Source: Candidatus Omnitrophota bacterium (GTDB lineage Bacteria; Omnitrophota; Gorgyraeia; Gygaellales; Profunditerraquicolaceae). From it: DNA of 49,001 nt. A program made the translations under genes and the position numbers. Location of the stretch: contig JAQTTQ010000003.1 in NCBI GenBank assembly GCA_028710685.1, forward strand, positions 1-49,001. Direction: 5' to 3'. The number at the start of each line of letters is the position of its first letter. Within the stretch, counting starts at the first letter, position 1. Below the pieces are notes generated by a model. That model was given only the letters and a program-made list of their open reading frames with translations, searched no databases and was not told the origin of the DNA. Positions 42,386-49,001 of this stretch are shown here, in pieces.

Positions 42386-43912
42386 ATGGAAAAGCGTTTA
42401 ATTGTAGCAATTGCGTTATCCTTGCTGGTTTTATTAAGTTGGTCCGCTTTAATGCCAAAGCCGCAACATGTTGCTATGCAAGATGTTAGCATAAAACAGG
42501 GAGCGCCGAATCTGCCTGCGCTTGAGCCTGCTGTTATAACACCATCATTAGCGCCCCCTCCCTCCGGGCAACTTATAAATTACAAGCAGGATAATTTTGA
42601 GATTACCTTTGATGAATCCATCGCTGCGATCAAGGATGTTACATTTAAGTATTATAATAACTATTTGTTTACCTTAACCTACGGGTGCTTGCTAAAAGAT
42701 CCCCTGCTCAGCTTTCGGCAAGAACGTGTGCAAGATAATATCATTAGCTTTATAGCTGCAGGTCCGGACAAAAAAGTGACAAAAAAATACACTTTCCATA
42801 AGTCAAGTTATACCATAGATTTGGAGATTGAAATTAAGAATACATCTAACTCGCCTATAAGCGTTAATCTCCCGTTAGTGTTAGGGGTTTTAGACTTTTC
42901 ATCAAGTAATCATCAAGCAAGGTTTCAAGATATAACAATATCTACCACGGAAAAAATGCTTCGTAACAATGGGCGCAAAAATACTCAATTTGATAAGGTA
43001 AAATTCTTAGGCTTACGCGATCAGTATTTTACAGCTATTATCGAAGCTGATCAAGAGTATCAGCCTGGCTTTGTCCTTAAGCTAAATAGTCACGCATCAG
43101 AGGTTGGTATAAATGTCCAAAATGAAATTATACAACCAGGCGCCAAGATTGGACATTTATATCATATATATATCGGGCCGCAGGATCTTAAAATTTTTAA
43201 CTCCATTAATCCTACCTGGGCAGGTATTATACACTACGGCACTTTTGATTTTATATCTCAAATACTTTTACAAACCCTAGATTTCCTTCATAAAATAGTG
43301 CGCAACTGGGGAGTAGCGATTATTTTATTGAGTTTACTGGTATATTTGATTTTATACCCGTTATCTATCAAGCAAATGCGTTCGATGAAGGAAATGCAGG
43401 TATTGCAACCTAAGGTTGAAGCCTTGCGAAAGGCTAATAAGGATAACCCGCAAAAGATGAATAAGGAGATTATGGAGCTTTATAAGGAGCACAAAGTGAA
43501 TCCTTTAGGTGGCTGCTTACCATTGCTCTTACAAATGCCTATATTTTTTGCCCTTTACAACGCGCTTATGCGCTCCATAGTATTAAAAGGCGCGGAATTT
43601 CTCTGGATTAAAGATTTATCCGAGCCAGATCGTTTATGGATTTTTCCTTCTTCCTGGCCAAATTTACCGGTTTTAGGTAATGAATTGAATGTATTGCCTA
43701 TAATTATGGCAATAGGTATGTTCGTACAGCAGAAAATATCGTCTGCATCTTCAGGTGGAGCTGCAGCTGAACAGCAAAAAATCATGCTAATTGTTATGCC
43801 GATTATATTTGGCCTGATTTTTTACCGCATGCCTTCAGGGTTAGTCTTGTATTGGTTTGTTAATAGTATGTTAATGTTAATTTTTCAGTTACGTATGAAT
43901 AGGGCAAAATGA
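42386..43912 (+). CDS. yidC: Membrane protein insertase YidC
   Basis: Start likely ATG 42386 (MEKRLIVAIALS); NWGVAII, ELYKEHKVNPLGGCLP, WIKDLSEPD, GLVLYW. Confidence 0.94.
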   Translation: MEKRLIVAIALSLLVLLSWSALMPKPQHVAMQDVSIKQGAPNLPALEPAVITPSLAPPPSGQLINYKQDNFEITFDESIAAIKDVTFKYYNNYLFTLTYGCLLKDPLLSFRQERVQDNIISFIAAGPDKKVTKKYTFHKSSYTIDLEIEIKNTSNSPISVNLPLVLGVLDFSSSNHQARFQDITISTTEKMLRNNGRKNTQFDKVKFLGLRDQYFTAIIEADQEYQPGFVLKLNSHASEVGINVQNEIIQPGAKIGHLYHIYIGPQDLKIFNSINPTWAGIIHYGTFDFISQILLQTLDFLHKIVRNWGVAIILLSLLVYLILYPLSIKQMRSMKEMQVLQPKVEALRKANKDNPQKMNKEIMELYKEHKVNPLGGCLPLLLQMPIFFALYNALMRSIVLKGAEFLWIKDLSEPDRLWIFPSSWPNLPVLGNELNVLPIIMAIGMFVQQKISSASSGGAAAEQQKIMLIVMPIIFGLIFYRMPSGLVLYWFVNSMLMLIFQLRMNRAK

Positions 43913-44109
43913 TAAGCAATAAAGCTATTGAGGTAGAGGGTAAGACAGTAGAAGAGGCTATTAAGCAAGCTCTTCAGCAGTTACATTTACCTCGAAAAAG
44001 GGTTAAGGTAGAGGTTATATCTGAGGAAGCAAAAGGGCTTTTTGGGATGGCTGGAGCAAAGTTGGCCAGGGTGCGCGTAAGTCTTATTAAAGAGTCAAAA
44101 AACACTTGA
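43909..44109 (+). CDS. Stand-alone Jag_N domain protein
   Basis: EVEGKTVEEAIKQALQQL...EVISEEAKGLFG...ARVRV; stops after 66 aa. Confidence 0.8.
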   Translation: MISNKAIEVEGKTVEEAIKQALQQLHLPRKRVKVEVISEEAKGLFGMAGAKLARVRVSLIKESKNT

Positions 44110-44133
44110 CAATTCGAGCTAATTTAAGATAAT
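44106..44133 (+). promoter_or_regulatory. Putative parAB promoter
   Basis: TTGACA-16 nt-GATAAT. Confidence 0.5.
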
Positions 44134-44153
44134 AATTGTAGTAGATCAAGCAA

Positions 44154-44169
44154 TGTTCCGCGTACAACA
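44154..44169. promoter_or_regulatory. Degenerate parS-like site
   Basis: TGTTCCGCGTACAACA versus TGTTNCACGTGAAACA (3 mismatches), 22 nt upstream of parA. Confidence 0.5.
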
Positions 44170-44191
44170 ATTTGTAAACATATAAATATCA

Positions 44192-44989
44192 ATGGGTAAG
44201 GTAATTACAACTTGTAATCAGAAGGGTGGAGTTGGGAAAACTACCACGGCAATTAATATTGCTGTATTTCTTGCTGTTGCCGGTAAGAAGGTTATGCTTA
44301 TAGATTTAGATCCGCAGGCAAATGCTACCAGTGGCATAGGGTTAAATAAACACAATATAGTTAAAAGCACATATCATGTTTTACTGGAAGAATTGGATAT
44401 TATGGATATCCTCCAGCCCGTTAACATCCCCAATCTTTTTGTGGCACCAGCTAATTTAGATTTGACCGGAGCTGAGGTTGAACTCGTTGGTTCTCTCGGC
44501 CGTGAATATCGCCTGAAGAGGGCATTAGAAAAAGTAAAATCAGAGTTTGACTTTTTTATTATCGATTCTCCGCCTTCTTTAGGACTACTTACTATTAACG
44601 GTTTATGTGCTGCAGATTCAGTGTTGATACCGGTGCAGTGTGAGTATTATGCCCTGGAAGGATTGACGCAACTAAATAATACTATTAGACTTGTGAAGGA
44701 TAACATCAATCAGGGCCTGGCTATCGAGGGTGTGCTGCTTACTATGGCAGATTTTAGAACCAATTTGACTAAAGAGGTTATCCAGGAGGCGCGGAATCAT
44801 TTTAAGGATAAGGTTTATAAAACAGTAATTCCCCGTAATATTAGATTGACCGAAGCGCCAAGTTTTGGCAAGCCTATTTTTCTTTATGATAAAGATTCTT
44901 TAGGAGCGCAAAAATACGAAGAACTTTGTAAGGAGATTTTAGGATTGCCTTTAGATGCTAGTATAGTCAAATCAGAAGGAGAGTTATAA
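44192..44989 (+). CDS. parA: Chromosome partitioning ATPase ParA/Soj
   Basis: NQKGGVGKTTT, DLDPQAN, IDSPPSLG, IPRNIRLTEAPSFG. Confidence 0.95.
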   Translation: MGKVITTCNQKGGVGKTTTAINIAVFLAVAGKKVMLIDLDPQANATSGIGLNKHNIVKSTYHVLLEELDIMDILQPVNIPNLFVAPANLDLTGAEVELVGSLGREYRLKRALEKVKSEFDFFIIDSPPSLGLLTINGLCAADSVLIPVQCEYYALEGLTQLNNTIRLVKDNINQGLAIEGVLLTMADFRTNLTKEVIQEARNHFKDKVYKTVIPRNIRLTEAPSFGKPIFLYDKDSLGAQKYEELCKEILGLPLDASIVKSEGEL

Positions 44990-45840
44990 TGGAAAGAAAA
45001 GCTTTGGGAAAAGGAATAGGGGCCTTGATCCCTGAAAGAGAAACAAGCGCGAAAAACGAAATTATTTATGTCCAAACTGAACAGATTCGTCCAAACCCCT
45101 TCCAGCCTCGAGAAGAGTTTAATCAAGAGCATATATCAGAGCTAGCCCAATCCATTAAAGAAAAAGGGGTTATTCAGCCGTTATTAGTCAGGCGCAAAGG
45201 GGATTCCTATGAGCTTATCGCCGGTGAACGAAGGCTACGTGCATCTAAGTCATTGGGACTCAAGGAGTTACCAGTTATAGTGAAAGATGTTGATGATAAA
45301 GATTCTTTGGAATTTGCCTTGATTGAGAATATCCAGCGAGAAAGCTTAAACCCCATTGAAGAGGCTCATGCTTATCAACATCTAATAGATAAATTTCAGG
45401 TTACCCAAGAAAAAATCAGTGAAGGCCTTGGCAAGGCGCGTACAACAATAGCTAATACCTTGAGGCTACTTAAGTTGCCTCATGAGGTTCAGGATGAGAT
45501 GAAGAAGGGCCGCATATCTTTTGCCCATGGCCGCGCCCTGCTGGAGGTTGAAGATGAAAACCGTCAGCGTAAGCTTACTCAGGAGATCATTTCTAAAGGA
45601 TTATCGGTAAGAGAGCTGGAGAATTTAATAAAGGCCCAGCGTCCCAAAGGCATAAGGCGCAGGAGTCTGAATACTGCCCGGGAGCCTTATATTGCAGTCT
45701 TGGAAGAAGAAATGCAGAGCTGCTTATCTACGAAGGTACGAATAACCAAAATGAAAAAACGAGGGCATATTTATATTGAGTTTTATTCCCAGGAAGATCT
45801 GGAAAGAATTTCAGGCGTCATAAGAGGAGGTAGGAGATAA
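44989..45840 (+). CDS. parB: Chromosome partitioning protein ParB/Spo0J
   Basis: NPFQPR, AGERRLRA, ENIQRESLNPIEEA, HTH region. Confidence 0.95.
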   Translation: MERKALGKGIGALIPERETSAKNEIIYVQTEQIRPNPFQPREEFNQEHISELAQSIKEKGVIQPLLVRRKGDSYELIAGERRLRASKSLGLKELPVIVKDVDDKDSLEFALIENIQRESLNPIEEAHAYQHLIDKFQVTQEKISEGLGKARTTIANTLRLLKLPHEVQDEMKKGRISFAHGRALLEVEDENRQRKLTQEIISKGLSVRELENLIKAQRPKGIRRRSLNTAREPYIAVLEEEMQSCLSTKVRITKMKKRGHIYIEFYSQEDLERISGVIRGGRR

Positions 45841-46343
45841 TGAATCAGGCAGCGCTTATACTTATTAAGCCCGACGGACTTAAAAAGTCATTGACCGGCA
45901 ATATTTTAACCCGGCTCTCTGAAACGAAGCTGGAGATCGTTGCCGCAAAGATGGTCCGGGTCTCCAAGGCTTTGGCCGAGGATCACTACCAGCATCTTAA
46001 AGACAAGCCGTTTTTCGGCGATATCATTAAGTACCTGCAGGGGGACCTGCATGACCGAAAAAAGGTAATGGCCTTGGTTTATTGGGGAGAAGGTGCGATT
46101 AGTAAATGCCGTCAACTTGCAGGTGCTACTAATCCCGAAGAGGCAGATCCTACTTCTATACGCGGCTCATATGGCCGCATCACTACATCCGGGGTATATG
46201 AAAATGTTATTCATGTTTCTTCCAATGAGAGCGATGCAGAAAGAGAGATCAAGCTTTGGTTTAATCCCGATGAGATTATCGTAAAATTATATCCTATCAA
46301 GGCCATCGAAGAAGAGAAGGTCAAAAAAAACACCTGGGCATAA
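45840..46343 (+). CDS. ndk: Nucleoside diphosphate kinase
   Basis: LIKPDG, GATNP, SIRG, NVIHVS (catalytic His), EREIKLWF. Confidence 0.88.
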   Translation: MNQAALILIKPDGLKKSLTGNILTRLSETKLEIVAAKMVRVSKALAEDHYQHLKDKPFFGDIIKYLQGDLHDRKKVMALVYWGEGAISKCRQLAGATNPEEADPTSIRGSYGRITTSGVYENVIHVSSNESDAEREIKLWFNPDEIIVKLYPIKAIEEEKVKKNTWA

Positions 46344-46359
46344 CAGAAAGGCACGATGA

Positions 46360-47184
46360 ATGATTAGAAGTATGACCGGTTTTGGGAGTTCTGAAATAAG
46401 CCTGGGGGCGCATAAGGTATCCGTAGAGCTTAGAAGCACAAACCATAAGTTTTTGGAGACTTCGCTGCATCTACCCGAGGGTTCGCTTTCTCTCGAGGAG
46501 AAGATTAAAAAGATTATTGAGGGGCAGATTAAAAGGGGAAGGGTAACCTGTTCGGTAAATATAAGCGGTAAGAAATTCGGCAATGCCTTTATTAATAAGC
46601 AGCTCTTAAAGAGGTATTTGGATAAAATTAATAAGGCTAAGAAAGAATTAGGTCTTTTTGATAGCATCAGCCTGGATACCTTGATTAACCTGCCCGGAGT
46701 GTTGACGTTGGAAGAAGAAAAAATCTCTGCGGAAAGCCTTTGGCCGCGGTTAAAAATAGCCCTATCTATTGCAGTGCATAATTTATCCCGGGCACGTAAA
46801 AAAGAGGGGGCGGCCTTGCAGGGATATTTAAAAAGACAGGCCGGAGAGCTCAGGGGCCGGTTATCAGAGATTAAACGCATATTAAAAGGTTCTTTAAGAA
46901 GCAGGTTAAAGGGTTTTAATAGCGACGAAGAACGAGCTTCTTTTTTGAAGGATACCGATACTACGGAGGAGATAGACAGGTTAGGTTTTCATATCGGAAA
47001 TTTTAAGAGCAAAATTAACTCTAGCGGCGCCATCGGTAAAGAGCTGGATTTTATTGCCCAAGAGATGCAACGAGAAGCTAATACCTTGGCGGCCAAGACT
47101 TTTGATGTAGCCGTTTCAGCGCAGGTTTTGAAAGTCAAAAGTTTAATCGAAAAGATTCGAGAGCAGGTACAGAATATAGAATGA
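46360..47184 (+). CDS. yicC: YicC/YloC family endoribonuclease
   Basis: MIRSMTGFG, ELRSTNHK, EEIDRL, GKELDFIAQEMQREANT, EKIREQVQNIE. Confidence 0.92.
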   Translation: MIRSMTGFGSSEISLGAHKVSVELRSTNHKFLETSLHLPEGSLSLEEKIKKIIEGQIKRGRVTCSVNISGKKFGNAFINKQLLKRYLDKINKAKKELGLFDSISLDTLINLPGVLTLEEEKISAESLWPRLKIALSIAVHNLSRARKKEGAALQGYLKRQAGELRGRLSEIKRILKGSLRSRLKGFNSDEERASFLKDTDTTEEIDRLGFHIGNFKSKINSSGAIGKELDFIAQEMQREANTLAAKTFDVAVSAQVLKVKSLIEKIREQVQNIE

Positions 47185-47747
47185 TTTTTGTCCTCTCCGG
47201 GCCTTCGGGTTCAGGAAAAACTACATTAAGGGATTTACTGCTTAAGGATAAGTCTGTTAAAAATAAATTTGTAAAGTCTGTTTCTTTCTCAACCCGGCCA
47301 AGGCGTCCGGGAGAAAAAGAGGGGAGGGACTATTTTTTTGTAAGCCAGGGAGAATTCTGCAGGCTGAAGCGGGCTAGAAAAATACTTGAGTGGACCAAAT
47401 ATTTAGGATATTATTACGGAACCAAAAAAGAGTTGGTAGAAGATGCCCTTAAAGAAGGCAAGGATGTTTTGCTCTGTCTTGATTTCAAGGGTATGAGGAG
47501 GGTAAAAAAAATATACCCCAAAAAAACGAAAACTATTTTTATAGTTCCTCCTTCGATTCAAGAGCTGCATAAGAGGATTAAGGGGCGGTCTCTTGAGACA
47601 AAAGATGAGGAGGTGGGTGAGCGGGTTAATCTTGCAAAGCGGGAATTAGAGAATATTTCACTTTATGATTTTACTTTGCGCAATGTAAATCTTAAGCAAG
47701 CGGTAAAGGGGTTAAAGGATATAGTTTTAAAAAGATCGGTTGTTTAA
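47181..47747 (+). CDS. gmk: Guanylate kinase
   Basis: SGPSGSGKT, STRPRRPGEKEGRDYFFV, YYGT, IFIVPPS. Confidence 0.94.
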   Translation: MIFVLSGPSGSGKTTLRDLLLKDKSVKNKFVKSVSFSTRPRRPGEKEGRDYFFVSQGEFCRLKRARKILEWTKYLGYYYGTKKELVEDALKEGKDVLLCLDFKGMRRVKKIYPKKTKTIFIVPPSIQELHKRIKGRSLETKDEEVGERVNLAKRELENISLYDFTLRNVNLKQAVKGLKDIVLKRSVV

Positions 47748-47766
47748 TATAATCAAGAGGTGATGC

Positions 47767-47976
47767 ATGGGCTATGTCGAAAGGGATAGGTTATTATCAA
47801 AGTGCGAAGGTTCGATTTATAAGCTTGTGAATTTAGCAGCAAAGAGGGCTCTTGAGATTGCCGAGGGTCAGCCCAAACTAGTTGAAGCAAATGCTGCAGT
47901 TAAGCCTTCTACGGTCGCGTTAATGGAGATTGCCTCCGGAAAGGTACAGACTAAGAAAGCCAAGCAGAAAGAATAA
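47767..47976 (+). CDS. rpoZ: RNA polymerase omega subunit
   Basis: SIYKLVNLAAKRA...KPSTVALMEI; follows gmk. Confidence 0.9.
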   Translation: MGYVERDRLLSKCEGSIYKLVNLAAKRALEIAEGQPKLVEANAAVKPSTVALMEIASGKVQTKKAKQKE

Positions 47977-47980
47977 ACAG

Positions 47981-48517
47981 GTGAAAATAAAAGAGGTTAT
48001 TCTGGGCGTAACCGCCAGCGTAGCAATTTATAAAGCTTGTGACCTGGTGCGCCGGCTTAAAGACAAGGGTTACTCTGTTACGGTAATCCAGACTAGCGAA
48101 TCCGAGCAGTTGATTAGTCCGCTTCTCTTCCAAAGCTTAAGCGGCAGCAAGGTATATCGCGGTCTATTCGATATTCCGCAGGCTTGGGGTATCGAACATA
48201 TTGCTCTGGCAGAGAAGGCGGATTTAATTTTAATCGCTCCGGCAACCGCAAATATTATTGCTAAAATTGCAAACGGTATTTGTGATGACCTGTTAACCTG
48301 TGTCGTGGCAGCTACAAGGTCTGCTGTTTTGATCGCACCGGCGATGAACGAAAATATGTACAAAAATAAGATTATGCAGCTTAACCTAAAAAAGCTAATT
48401 TCTTTAGGTTATAATTTCATCGGGCCCAAGGCTGGAAAACTGGCTTGCGGCAAGCCGGGGATCGGTTGCCTATCCGACATAGAAGAAATTGTTAAAAGGG
48501 TAGGGGATCTCTGTTGA
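47981..48517 (+). CDS. coaC: Phosphopantothenoylcysteine decarboxylase (CoaC flavoprotein only, no CoaB domain)
   Basis: Start likely GTG 47981; GVTASVAIYK, HIALAE, APATANIIAKIANG, PAMNENM, LACG; stops at 178 aa. Confidence 0.85.
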   Translation: MKIKEVILGVTASVAIYKACDLVRRLKDKGYSVTVIQTSESEQLISPLLFQSLSGSKVYRGLFDIPQAWGIEHIALAEKADLILIAPATANIIAKIANGICDDLLTCVVAATRSAVLIAPAMNENMYKNKIMQLNLKKLISLGYNFIGPKAGKLACGKPGIGCLSDIEEIVKRVGDLC

Positions 48518-48532
48518 AATTTATAGTTTAAT

Positions 48533-48604
48533 GGCGTGGTAGCCAAGTGGTAAGGCAACGGTCTGCAAAACCGTTATTCACCGGTCCGAATCCGGTCCAC
48601 GCCT
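48533..48604 (+). tRNA. tRNA-Cys(GCA)
   Basis: GGCGTGG...CCACGCC-T (U73), anticodon loop CT-GCA-AA, T-loop TCCGAAT; no CCA. Confidence 0.93.
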
Positions 48605-48615
48605 TAAAAAATTGC

Positions 48616-48698
48616 GGGCAAGTGGTGGAATGGCATACACGACAGACTTAAAATCTGTTGGCCGCAAGGTCGTAAGGGTTCGACTCCCTTCTTGCCCA
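48616..48698 (+). tRNA. tRNA-Leu(TAA)
   Basis: GGGCAAG...CTTGCCC-A, anticodon loop CT-TAA-AA, long variable arm; no CCA. Confidence 0.93.
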
Positions 48699-48717
48699 TT
48701 AAATTAAAGGAGGATGC

Positions 48718-49001
48718 ATGAAGAAAGGTTTGTTTATCGCCATAGCAGTTTGTTTCCTCTGCGGTTGCGCCACTACCGGATCGCAGCATATTGTTGATGA
48801 TGCAAAGGTAGCCCAGATACAAAAAGGAGCCTCTACCAAAGAAGATGTGCGTTTTTTGCTGGGGGCCCCGACAAAGGTTGATTTTACGGATGCCGGCTTT
48901 GAGGTTTGGGAGTATGTGTATTCTAAATCCCAGACTCGGGCGACATCTTTTCTTCCTTATGTAGGAGGTGTGGTCGGAGGAAGCGATTCAATTACTCACA
49001 C
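48718..49001 (+). CDS. BamE/SmpA-like lipoprotein (runs off the window end)
   Basis: Not in the ORF track. SD AAGGAGG; [17 protein letters not shown] lipobox; [18 protein letters not shown]...EVWEYVY. Confidence 0.7.
   Translation, partial: MKKGLFIAIAVCFLCGCATTGSQHIVDDAKVAQIQKGASTKEDVRFLLGAPTKVDFTDAGFEVWEYVYSKSQTRATSFLPYVGGVVGGSDSITH

Noticed and set aside
46287-46880. 197-aa antisense ORF over yicC
   Set aside because: Shadow of a conserved gene.
48604-48822. 72-aa minus-strand ORF
   Set aside because: It is antisense to tRNA-Leu and the lipoprotein gene.

Overview
A chromosomal origin-of-replication window from a diderm bacterium. Gene content (PilZ fusion, E-DUF2764-A-B-D-I-K V-type ATPase, lipoproteins) suggests the PVC superphylum, for example Omnitrophota; this is inference, not a database result. 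Almost all genes from 1 to 41.6 kb are on the minus strand and genes from 42.0 kb onward are on the plus strand, diverging around dnaA. Left arm, reading leftward from dnaA: dnaA-dnaN-dciA-gyrB-(membrane protein)-gyrA-tRNA-Glu-glmS-rsmI; then a PyrR-attenuated pyrimidine operon interleaved with EndoQ-like, mutM, methyltransferase and tRNA-Arg genes; then a V-type ATPase operon, three lipoproteins, tRNA-Val and tRNA-Asp; then an eight-gene operon that includes a PilZ-transmembrane-coiled-coil-putative six-hairpin enzyme and a TPR-transglutaminase. Right arm: rpmH-yidD-yidC-Jag_N-parA-parB-ndk-yicC-gmk-rpoZ-coaC-tRNA-Cys-tRNA-Leu-lipoprotein. The strongest leads are (1) a CarA whose glutaminase catalytic residues are all replaced, (2) the PilZ-fused periplasmic enzyme next to an exported transglutaminase, (3) tRNA genes wedged inside mRNAs while rnpA is missing from its usual locus, (4) a Bacillus-like origin unwinding element plus an unexplained ~100-nt hairpin near oriC, (5) C55 T-loops in two tRNAs, and (6) GyrA with Val at the Ser83-equivalent position. 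No mobile elements or CRISPR arrays were seen. All family calls come from motif recognition by eye; no searches were run.
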